DNA of 64,000 bases. It comes from Desulfotignum sp. Its GTDB lineage: Bacteria > Desulfobacterota > Desulfobacteria > Desulfobacterales > Desulfobacteraceae. Positions 37,073 to 45,867 of the stretch are shown piece after piece (position 1 is the stretch's first letter; each line of letters opens with the position of its first letter). A model generated the notes under the pieces. That model saw nothing but the letters and a program-made list of their open reading frames with translations. It had not been told where the DNA came from and ran no database searches. A program made the position numbers and the translations under genes. The stretch spans positions 45,242 through 109,241 of the forward strand of contig JBHEOW010000001.1 in NCBI GenBank assembly GCA_046260585.1, written 5' to 3'.

Positions 37073-40000
37073 TCACACAATGGCTTTGAGAATCTGTTTT
37101 GTTTTCACAAGGGCCTTGCCCATCTGGTTGGATTTGTATCCCAGAGGAAACTGAACACAGTGCTTTTTTACAAACCCGGACCGGGCGATTCCCTGCCACC
37201 GCTTTTCCAGTTCGTGGGGAGCGATTTTCATATGAACAGGAGAAAAGGTGAGTGCCAGAGAGCCTGGTTCCAGGTCCAGACGCTGGATACCGGCCTGGAT
37301 GGCATACACCCTGAGCATGATTTTTAACAGCATGTTTTCCGCCTGCCCGGGCAATTTTCCATACCGGTCTGTCAATTCTTTTTTCATGTCGGCAATATCT
37401 GCAACACTGTCCAGTCTGGACAGGCGGCGGTAGAGGGTCAAACGCTGTTCAACAGACGTAATATAATCTGCGGGAAACCCGGTTGACATGGGTACATTGA
37501 TTTCTGGATCCAGCGGATCAATGGTTGCATCTCCTTTCAAATCATGGACCGCCTGGTCCAGCAGCTTTAAAAACATATCATACCCGACTGCTGCAATATG
37601 GCCGGACTGGGATGCACCCAGAGCAGTCCCGGCCCCCCGGATTTGAAGATCTTTCATGGCAATCTGAAACCCGGATCCCAGATCCTTGTATTCCATCAGA
37701 GCGGAAAGCCGTTTTTTTGCGTCCTTGGAAATCAGGGATTCATCTGAAACAAACAGATAGGCATAGGCCTGGTGATCTCCTCGTCCGATGCGGCCGCGAA
37801 GCTGGTAGATCTGCGAAAGGCCGAACCGTTCGGCTTTGTTGATGATCATGGTGTTGGCAGCGGGAATATCCAGGCCCGATTCAATGATGGTGGTGCACAC
37901 CAGAAGATTGATCTCTTTGTTGACAAATGCGTGCATAACCCGTTCCAGCTCGGTTTCAGACAACCGTCCGTGGGCAACACCGATGGTTGCTTTTGGCACC
38001 AGTTTTTCCAGAGTTTCAGCCATCTTGAAAATTGTTTTAATGTTGTTGTGGACGAAAAACACCTGGCCCTGCCTGGATAATTCCTTTTGAATAGCATCTT
38101 TTACAATGGCATCCTCATATGGTGAAATATAGGACACAATGGGCTGGCGATCGGCAGGCGGTGTTTTGATAACACTGATATCCCGCATGCCGGTCAAGGA
38201 CATGTGCAGGGTCCTGGGAATGGGGGTGGCGCTCAGTGCCAGTACATCCACTGTACTGCGTTTTTGTTTCAGAACTTCCTTGTGTTTGACCCCGAACCGC
38301 TGTTCCTCATCGATCACCAGCAGCCCCAGGGATTTAAAATCCACATCTTTTTGCAGCAGCCGGTGGGTGCCGATGACAATGTCCAGCCGTCCTTGAGCCA
38401 TCTCTTTTATGATTTTTGCCTGTTCTTTGCGGTTTCGAAAGCGGGACAGGCAGGCGATATGTACGGGATATTTTTCAAACCGATCCCGGAAGGTGGCAAG
38501 ATGCTGTTCCGCAAGGATGGTGGTGGGCACCACAACCGCCACCTGCTTTCCATCATTGACCGCCTTGAATGCCGCCCGCACAGCCACTTCTGTTTTGCCA
38601 TATCCCACATCCCCGCAGACCAGCCGGTCCATGGGTGTGTCCGATTCCATATCCAGATGGATATCATCAATGGCCTTGAGCTGGTCCCGGGTTTCTTCAT
38701 AGGGGAATGAGGTTTCAAAATCATTATAATAATTGTCGGGTCGGCTGAAGGAAAACCCCTTGTTGATTTTTCTTTTGGCATACAGATCCAGCAGATCTGC
38801 CGCCATTTTTTCCACTTCTTCTTTTGCTTTTGCCTTGGATTTGATCCATGCTTTGGAACCGATTTTATCCAGAACCGGTGTATATCCGTCAACACCGATA
38901 TATTTGCCGATCATTTCGATACGGTCCACCGGCAGGTACAGCTTGTCCTCATCCTGGTATACAATCAGAATGAAATCCTGGGAGATGCCGTTGATATCCA
39001 GATTATACAGCCCTTCATACCGCCCTACCCCGTGCTCCATGTGCACAACAATATCTTGTTTTTTGAGCTCCTCCGGGGCAATCATTTGTGTTTTCACGTC
39101 CCGTGAAGACCGTTTTATCCTGCGGATACGCTTTTTACCAAAAATTTCATTTTCGGTGATAAGAACCAGGTTCTTGTCTTTTACTACAAATCCCTGTGAC
39201 AGATCTGCCAGCACATAATATATGCCGCTATCCTGTTTTACCGCCCTGTTGAAATCTCCCACCTGAACCAGATTCAGGCCATAGGGGGACATCAGGGATA
39301 TAAGGCGCTGGGCCCGGGATTTCTGGTGCACCACACAGACAATTTTCGCACCCTGGTTCACGTGCTGCTGCATCCATTGCACCAAAGGTTTTAACGGAGT
39401 TTCAGCTGCGTTTTTTTCAACCATCCGGCCGCCCTCTATCTGGCATCCCAGGCTGTCATTGGTTTCAGGAAAAAAATGAAACACCTGTGCATCATGTGAT
39501 TCAGGTTCCACTGCCAGTTCCGTGAAAACAAGACGTTTTTTGTCTTGCAGTTCTGCTGTGACCTGGTCGAATGACAGATAAATATCTTCGGGCGGAACAC
39601 ACAGTCTTTTTTCAGATGCCACTGCCTGGTAATTGCTGCGGGCCTTGTTTTCAAACGCTTTGGCCTCCGCGGCCAGAAGATCCGGAGAATCCCATATGAC
39701 AAGAGTCTTTTCTGACAGGTAGGAAAAAAAAGAATCCAGACGGTCGTATACAATGGACAGCATGCTTTCAATGCCGGGAAAACGGCCTGCATGACGGGTT
39801 TGTGTGACATACTCTGCAATTTTTGCAGCATCCAGACCGGCACGCTTTCCTGCGGCACGCAGTCGTGCCAGAATATGGGGAAGGTTTTGTTCAGGCACAA
39901 CCGCTTCTGTGGCCGGCACAACGACCAGTTCAGACAATTGCTGGATGCCCCGCTGGGTATAGGGTGAAAAACTGCGGATGGATTCCACCAGATCCCCGAA

Positions 40001-40564
40001 AAATTCCATTCGCACCGGCCGCTTGTCACCCGGCACAAACACATCCAGAATATCACCCCGCACCGCATATTCTCCGGGATCTTCCACCAGAGAGGATTGG
40101 GCATACCCACCGGCTTCAAGGGCCGTGACCAGGGCATTTCTGTCGATTTCTTCATTGGCCATGACCAGTTCTGAACAGACAAGAAGAATCTTTTGGGGAA
40201 CCAGTTTCTGGAGCAGTGTGTCAATATAGGTCACTATCAGATATGGCGATGATCTTTGTGCCACCAGACGGGACAAAACCCCTAAACGCCGGGTGGATGT
40301 CTGCCTGTGATAGGACAAAGAGGTAAAGGGCTGAATATGGTAGCCCGGAAAAAAAAAGACCGCGTCTTTGTGATCCGGCAAAAAAAACAACAGATCATCC
40401 ATGAATTTTGCAGCACTTTTCTGGTCCTGCAGAACCGCAACCATGTCACAGGGTGTTTGTTTGAACAACCGTGCGGTCAGATAGGCTTTATGGGAACCTC
40501 TCTGCGGGGTGAGCACCAGGGCGTTTTCATGGGACTGCATATGGTCGATAATGGAAGATATCAT
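37073..40564 (-). CDS. mfd: transcription-repair coupling factor
   Basis: About 1163 aa with a UvrB-homology N-terminus and an RNAP-interacting domain. Superfamily 2 helicase motifs GDVGYGKTEVA, DEEQRFGV and SATPIPRT are present, and there is a TRG-region C-terminus. ATG 40564 (the track start 40570 is TTG). Confidence 0.95.
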   Translation of the reverse strand: MISSIIDHMQSHENALVLTPQRGSHKAYLTARLFKQTPCDMVAVLQDQKSAAKFMDDLLFFLPDHKDAVFFFPGYHIQPFTSLSYHRQTSTRRLGVLSRLVAQRSSPYLIVTYIDTLLQKLVPQKILLVCSELVMANEEIDRNALVTALEAGGYAQSSLVEDPGEYAVRGDILDVFVPGDKRPVRMEFFGDLVESIRSFSPYTQRGIQQLSELVVVPATEAVVPEQNLPHILARLRAAGKRAGLDAAKIAEYVTQTRHAGRFPGIESMLSIVYDRLDSFFSYLSEKTLVIWDSPDLLAAEAKAFENKARSNYQAVASEKRLCVPPEDIYLSFDQVTAELQDKKRLVFTELAVEPESHDAQVFHFFPETNDSLGCQIEGGRMVEKNAAETPLKPLVQWMQQHVNQGAKIVCVVHQKSRAQRLISLMSPYGLNLVQVGDFNRAVKQDSGIYYVLADLSQGFVVKDKNLVLITENEIFGKKRIRRIKRSSRDVKTQMIAPEELKKQDIVVHMEHGVGRYEGLYNLDINGISQDFILIVYQDEDKLYLPVDRIEMIGKYIGVDGYTPVLDKIGSKAWIKSKAKAKEEVEKMAADLLDLYAKRKINKGFSFSRPDNYYNDFETSFPYEETRDQLKAIDDIHLDMESDTPMDRLVCGDVGYGKTEVAVRAAFKAVNDGKQVAVVVPTTILAEQHLATFRDRFEKYPVHIACLSRFRNRKEQAKIIKEMAQGRLDIVIGTHRLLQKDVDFKSLGLLVIDEEQRFGVKHKEVLKQKRSTVDVLALSATPIPRTLHMSLTGMRDISVIKTPPADRQPIVSYISPYEDAIVKDAIQKELSRQGQVFFVHNNIKTIFKMAETLEKLVPKATIGVAHGRLSETELERVMHAFVNKEINLLVCTTIIESGLDIPAANTMIINKAERFGLSQIYQLRGRIGRGDHQAYAYLFVSDESLISKDAKKRLSALMEYKDLGSGFQIAMKDLQIRGAGTALGASQSGHIAAVGYDMFLKLLDQAVHDLKGDATIDPLDPEINVPMSTGFPADYITSVEQRLTLYRRLSRLDSVADIADMKKELTDRYGKLPGQAENMLLKIMLRVYAIQAGIQRLDLEPGSLALTFSPVHMKIAPHELEKRWQGIARSGFVKKHCVQFPLGYKSNQMGKALVKTKQILKAIV

Positions 40565-40595
40565 GGACAAAGGTATATGGATAATCGTATGGGGT

Positions 40596-40622
40596 AAAAG
40601 GCCAATATAAAATAATGGCCTT
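40596..40622 (-). terminator. possible weak intrinsic terminator after the prkA cluster
   Basis: 7-bp stem AAGGCCA/TGGCCTT with an 11-nt loop, followed by only a 4-U tract on the minus strand. It lies 50 nt downstream of the 769-aa ORF stop. Confidence 0.35.
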
Positions 40623-40671
40623 CATGTAATAGAAGCTGGTCAAAGAATCAAGTCCTAAATCATGGCGGGAT

Positions 40672-42981
40672 TTATTTGAATTTATTGGCCAGATCGTTAT
40701 CAATCACATAAATACAGACTTCATTGGCCCCCTGGCTGGTATAGCCGAACTTGGCGGTCAGGTTGTCAATAAGAAATTTTACATCTTTTTTGATGCGTTT
40801 GTCATGGGTTCTGAACTTTTCAGTATCAAAATCCTTGATAGCGTTTCGAAAGTTTTCATTGTCAATAAACGGTTCCAGTACCCGTTTTTTCAGATTGTGA
40901 ACATATCTTTCATACAAGGATTCAAACAGACGGGTATCAACAATATTTTTGCCCTGGATCATGATTTCATGGGTCAAAGTGCGGGTGGTATATTCCTTGA
41001 GCACATCGTTCCGGATTTGCTCGCGTTTTTTGGTGTCCAGGTTTTCCGATATCAGCCTGTTTTCAATACTTTCAAGAAAGGCTTCAGTCACAAACAGCTC
41101 TTCTTTGGTAAAAATGCAGTTTACCACGGAATTGAGTTCATTGGTCACAGCAGAAATATAGTTTTTTATATCCCTGGCAATCTGGTCTTTGTTATAATAG
41201 TACAATGCTTCTTTTACCTGCTGGAGCACACTATAATCATACATACGCAAAAGACTGGATAAAAAGCCTTCAGGAAGCAGTTTTCCGGGCTGGCTGTCCA
41301 GTTTATTAAAAAACGTACACAGATCCGGCATATTGATCAGCCGGTCTTCTTTTGCATATTTCGAATAAAACTCATCAAAAATTTTAATGGCATCTCTGCC
41401 TGACAGCCCTTCTTTTCCATACATTTCCGATTCCGCAATAATGTTTGACAGCATTTTCTGGTCAAGGCACCGAAGATCTTCGTCATCCAGCCATTTGGGC
41501 ATATTGCCGGAAAATATCTCCATTTTCAGCAGCATGAGTTTATCATCACAAAAGTTTTTGTATTTATCAGGCTGTTGAATCCATTCTTCAAGGGCAAAAG
41601 ATTTTTTATTGGTGCGGGTGCATACGATGGTCCTGGCAAAATTGTCCAGCACCATGGGCAGAAAACTGCCTTCTATGTGACGGCCGAATATGTCCAGATA
41701 GATCTTCACTTCTGTCTTCCAGTCCAGTACATAGGGGATATCAATGTATCTGATCCGGTCCTCAAACGACGGAAAATCCCGGATGTTTTTTTTGTCTTCG
41801 GGATTCATCAGCGCAAAGAAAAGGGAATCCACCCGTTCCTCCATATTTTCCACTTTATGAATCCCTTCGGAAATAATATTGTGCAGCTCCACCAGGCGCT
41901 CGATATTATGAGATTTGATATCCATGAGGGCATAAATGCCGTTATTGATTTTGGCAAAATTGGAATAGGTGTACTGGATAAGGTTGGAATCCTGGAACAG
42001 CGTATTGATTCTGTTCTGCAGCATCTGGTTGGAAATAATGTTCTGCTTGACAGGTTTGTCTCCGGGATTGAACACGGAAATACCATTGCCGATCCTGCGG
42101 TTGACGTAATAGGGCCTGGCATAGAGCATCCGAAATACTTCTTTGGGGTCCTGCAGCCGCTCCAAAAGTGCGTTGTAAATGGAAGAACACACCGTACAGG
42201 TCTCTTCGGAAAATACCCATTCATATTCTTTTTCCGTGAACAGCCGCCATTTGAATTCATCATTTTTAATCAATTCATCCAATACGCCCCGGCGCTGTTC
42301 TTTGGGGATCACCAGAAACGGATTATCATGGGCCAGGCAGGGCACTTCAATATAATCGCCCTCATGGATCGGCAAAAAAAGTTCTTCCGCCTTATTGCCC
42401 GATGCCGCATCATTTTCTTTTTCAACATACTGCATCAACCGTTCAAATGCAGACAAGGGAAGAGAATGGTCTTTGTCATGCAGTTTTTTGATATGCAACC
42501 GCCAGACAATTTCATATCTGAGGCCTTCTCTGGTATTGGCATAGCTTTCAAATTTTTTGAGCAGGTTGTTTAAAAAAGTGCTTTTGCCGCACCCATGGGG
42601 GCCGTAAAATATATAAATGCGGTTCTGCTGGGCGCCGTGACGCAGGTACTCCATCTGTTTCATGAACCGGTTGGCAAAAAGCATGTCAGGAAAATACGGA
42701 TTGTCAGAGCCTTCCACAAAAAGCCTGGTACAGTCATAATGGGTGAACGCCAGATTGTCCCGATCACCGGTCAACGGATCTTTGTATTCTTCTACATGGG
42801 CTTTCACCATATCATGAAACGACTGGAAGATGTTTCGTAAAATATGGGAGGGCCTTTCCTTCAGGATATTCAAAAACACTTCAAAAGAAACCGGCTGAAG
42901 ACGCTGATAATCCTGAATGTTTTTGTCCAGCAGTTCCAGGGCCTGGTCAACAGATTCCGTTGAGACTGTGTTGTCTTCCAT
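40672..42981 (-). CDS. divergent PrkA-like P-loop protein (second PrkA paralog)
   Basis: 769 aa with Walker A YGPHGCGKST. It has segments colinear with the PrkA at 45868-47946. VPCLAHDNPFLVIP matches ESQTYEDPMILAM, and SFEDRIRYIDIPYVLDWKTEVKIY matches PIVDRCRICYVAHNTDYKIQKTL. An AGGAG RBS lies 6 nt after the spoVR stop. Confidence 0.7.
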   Translation of the reverse strand: MEDNTVSTESVDQALELLDKNIQDYQRLQPVSFEVFLNILKERPSHILRNIFQSFHDMVKAHVEEYKDPLTGDRDNLAFTHYDCTRLFVEGSDNPYFPDMLFANRFMKQMEYLRHGAQQNRIYIFYGPHGCGKSTFLNNLLKKFESYANTREGLRYEIVWRLHIKKLHDKDHSLPLSAFERLMQYVEKENDAASGNKAEELFLPIHEGDYIEVPCLAHDNPFLVIPKEQRRGVLDELIKNDEFKWRLFTEKEYEWVFSEETCTVCSSIYNALLERLQDPKEVFRMLYARPYYVNRRIGNGISVFNPGDKPVKQNIISNQMLQNRINTLFQDSNLIQYTYSNFAKINNGIYALMDIKSHNIERLVELHNIISEGIHKVENMEERVDSLFFALMNPEDKKNIRDFPSFEDRIRYIDIPYVLDWKTEVKIYLDIFGRHIEGSFLPMVLDNFARTIVCTRTNKKSFALEEWIQQPDKYKNFCDDKLMLLKMEIFSGNMPKWLDDEDLRCLDQKMLSNIIAESEMYGKEGLSGRDAIKIFDEFYSKYAKEDRLINMPDLCTFFNKLDSQPGKLLPEGFLSSLLRMYDYSVLQQVKEALYYYNKDQIARDIKNYISAVTNELNSVVNCIFTKEELFVTEAFLESIENRLISENLDTKKREQIRNDVLKEYTTRTLTHEIMIQGKNIVDTRLFESLYERYVHNLKKRVLEPFIDNENFRNAIKDFDTEKFRTHDKRIKKDVKFLIDNLTAKFGYTSQGANEVCIYVIDNDLANKFK

Positions 42982-42987
42982 AATAGA

Positions 42988-44631
42988 TTATAACTCCTGC
43001 TTGTGCAGTTTACGGTCCTTGATCACATACCGCACCCGTTTCCATTCAATGGGAGCAATTGCGGCTTCAGGAGAAGCACCTGGTGCGGAAGGGTCCCAGA
43101 AATTGGTATACCTGGGATCAATATTTGCAATATTCCTGGGTTCACTGGTTTCCAGATGCACTGGTCCCCCCCATAAAAATTCAATACCGATCATGGTATT
43201 TTCGATAAAATCCTGCTTCAAGGGTTTGTTTTCAAAGCGATGGTCCAGGTACAGGATCCCTTCTTTGGTTTTTTCTCCATCAATGCGGATGTCAGGCGGA
43301 TGATACAGGGTATTGATGACCATCTGTTTATAGTCGTGCACTTTTTTGGACTTGATATAATACTGCCAGGTCATGTTCTGGCTGTTGATGCGTTTGCCGG
43401 CAACAAACAGGTTGTGTCTGTCCACAAATTCCTGGTCCAGAAAGGTATTGATGAAGGTGAAATCATTCATGTTTTCCCGTACCGTGAAAATAAACGATTG
43501 TCCTGTGTTTTTGTGCTGGTTATATGTTTTTTTTTGCACCGCATCATTGAGAAGATAATAGTCAAAAGAATATTTTCCCTTGTTTTCCATTTCCTGGATA
43601 TGTTCAAACAACCGCATTCCCAGAGCATAGGGGTTCAGGCCCACCCTGGGCATAGCAGTCACGGATGCATTGACTTTTGCATAGTCTGCTTCATGCCCGC
43701 TGATTCTGTCATCTGCCATGAACAGCTTTTCATGCCAGTAAGATGCCCATCCCTCGTTCATGGTTTTGGTACGCATCTGGGGCTGAAAATACAAAGAAGT
43801 GCTTCTGACGATATGGATCACAGATTTCATCCATTCATTTTCTTCCCTGCGCAAAAAAGGGGAATACCGGATAATATACTCCATGATATCCATCCGGGGC
43901 GGTGTTTTTGCCTCTATTTCCTTGCGGTAAAGCTCTTCAAATTCCGGATATTTACCTGTCACCTTTTCAAAAAAATCCCGATTGTCTTTTTGGCATTGGT
44001 TATATCGGGATATTTCCTTTACATATTGGTGCTGGGGTACGGATCTGATCTTTTGTAAAAACACATCAAAATAAAAATCCGTTCTGGATAGTTTTTTTCT
44101 GCCACCATCTGAAATAGTGCGGTTGAGATCCTTGTGAAATCCCACCAGATTGTCCAGTCCCCTGGCAAATTCAATTACATAGTCCAGCCATCTGCCTTTT
44201 TCACTCCGAAGTCTTGCAATCATGCGCTTATCTGACAGAGCCTGTCCGGCAAGGTCAATATCCCAGGTGTTTTTGTAGAACAGATTATTCTGAAAAAAAT
44301 CAATGTGGCCCAGCACATGGTAAAAAATCATCACATTGAGCCAGTCCGGGTTATTGTCATTGTAATAGGAAATGGCCGGCCGGGTATTGATAACGGTTTC
44401 AAAGGGGTTGGAGGGGTATGCCTCATACATGCCTTTCCCGGACAACACCCGCACATCATGGACCCAGTAATCATAGAGTGTGGGAATCATGACCTTGGGT
44501 GATAATTCTACCAGATCCCGGTTGGTTACAATATATTCAAGGGTTTCATCATCAAACCGCAACCCGGCATCACGGGCCCGGATCTTGCATTCTTCCATAA
44601 TCCCTTTGACATGTTGATTGACCAGTTCCAT
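42988..44631 (-). CDS. SpoVR family protein (YcgB-like)
   Basis: 547 aa with characteristic SpoVR segments (NEGWASYWH, HVLGHIDFF). Confidence 0.9.
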   Translation of the reverse strand: MELVNQHVKGIMEECKIRARDAGLRFDDETLEYIVTNRDLVELSPKVMIPTLYDYWVHDVRVLSGKGMYEAYPSNPFETVINTRPAISYYNDNNPDWLNVMIFYHVLGHIDFFQNNLFYKNTWDIDLAGQALSDKRMIARLRSEKGRWLDYVIEFARGLDNLVGFHKDLNRTISDGGRKKLSRTDFYFDVFLQKIRSVPQHQYVKEISRYNQCQKDNRDFFEKVTGKYPEFEELYRKEIEAKTPPRMDIMEYIIRYSPFLRREENEWMKSVIHIVRSTSLYFQPQMRTKTMNEGWASYWHEKLFMADDRISGHEADYAKVNASVTAMPRVGLNPYALGMRLFEHIQEMENKGKYSFDYYLLNDAVQKKTYNQHKNTGQSFIFTVRENMNDFTFINTFLDQEFVDRHNLFVAGKRINSQNMTWQYYIKSKKVHDYKQMVINTLYHPPDIRIDGEKTKEGILYLDHRFENKPLKQDFIENTMIGIEFLWGGPVHLETSEPRNIANIDPRYTNFWDPSAPGASPEAAIAPIEWKRVRYVIKDRKLHKQEL

Positions 44632-44671
44632 ATGCAGCTCACTTTCCGGCTGACAGGCACAACCTTATTTT

Positions 44672-45850
44672 TTAGGAAATCAGGGTCTTGATTCCCTGTA
44701 TAATCCTTGTATCATCCACATTTTCTGCCATAACATCCAACTTGATGAGATGGTTGTGTTTGGTTAAGATGCCCGATGACTGTATATATTTTTCCACTTC
44801 CGTCTGTTTGGATCCTACATAGGAATGTTCCACAATGGTGATCCCGATTCTGGCGGCATAGGTCAGCATTTTTTCAATTTCTGCAAGGGTCTGTTTTCCA
44901 TCCTTGTCCCAGTCATCCCCGTCGGTGCCATGGAATACATAGATATTGTAATCCCGGGCCAGGCTTTCTTTTTCCACGATATCATTCACCAGTTTAAAAG
45001 CGGTAAAGACTTTGGTGCCGCCGGCCACTTTATAGGAATAGTATTTTTGAAAATCAGAAACCTCCCTGGCTTCGGTATCATGGAGAACAAATCTGGTTTC
45101 CACCTGTTTTTCATACTGGTAGACCAGCCAGGAATAGAGCATCACATGCTGGGAGACCACTGTCTGGGTCACCTTCCCCCCCATGGAGCCGGAATAATCA
45201 CGCAAAAAAAACACCAGTGCCTGGGATTCATATTCTTTTTCCCGGGAAAGGATACGGTAAATCAGATCCCGGGGTGAAACGATGAAACGGGTGGTATCAA
45301 TGGCCGAAACATCCGGGATATTGCCCAAAGCGATATTGGTTTCAACTATTTTTTTCAGGGTAGCTTTCTTGTCCAGGACCTGCCCGATCCCTTTGTTTTT
45401 ATCAGTGAGATCATACACATACCTGGCCAGCACTTTTTTCTTTCCCTTATCCTTTAAATTGGGCAGCTCAAAATCCTGGGACAGCACTTTTCCCAATTCA
45501 TAGGCATTGGCTTCAATCTCATGTTCCCCCCCCTTGCCTTCACCCGGACCTTCTCCATCGCCTTCCCCTTCCCCATCCCCTTCACCATCTTCTGGCCGTA
45601 TGGGCTGTTCACCGATGACATCACCTTCCTGGCCGTCACCGGTACCGCCGGTAGGTTCTGCCTCCCCCTGTTCCTGTTCTTCGATAATATCATCATGCAC
45701 AAATTTTTCTTCCACTGTGGTGGGAACCACAATGATCTTTTCTTTGCCTTTTGACCCGGGCTTTACAATCCGGCCGATACGGATTTTGCGTTTGAACCCG
45801 TCCTGTTCTCTTTTTTTGTCTTTTTCAAGGAGTTCATCAAGGGTTATCAT
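44672..45850 (-). CDS. YeaH/YhbH family protein (DUF444, vWA-like)
   Basis: 392 aa with an acidic Gly/Glu/Asp-rich insert (GEGDGEGEGDGEGPGEG) and a MIDAS-like motif LRDYSGSMGG. Its position between prkA and spoVR is canonical. Confidence 0.88.
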   Translation of the reverse strand: MITLDELLEKDKKREQDGFKRKIRIGRIVKPGSKGKEKIIVVPTTVEEKFVHDDIIEEQEQGEAEPTGGTGDGQEGDVIGEQPIRPEDGEGDGEGEGDGEGPGEGKGGEHEIEANAYELGKVLSQDFELPNLKDKGKKKVLARYVYDLTDKNKGIGQVLDKKATLKKIVETNIALGNIPDVSAIDTTRFIVSPRDLIYRILSREKEYESQALVFFLRDYSGSMGGKVTQTVVSQHVMLYSWLVYQYEKQVETRFVLHDTEAREVSDFQKYYSYKVAGGTKVFTAFKLVNDIVEKESLARDYNIYVFHGTDGDDWDKDGKQTLAEIEKMLTYAARIGITIVEHSYVGSKQTEVEKYIQSSGILTKHNHLIKLDVMAENVDDTRIIQGIKTLIS

Positions 45851-45867
45851 GGAGCATCCCCCTTTTT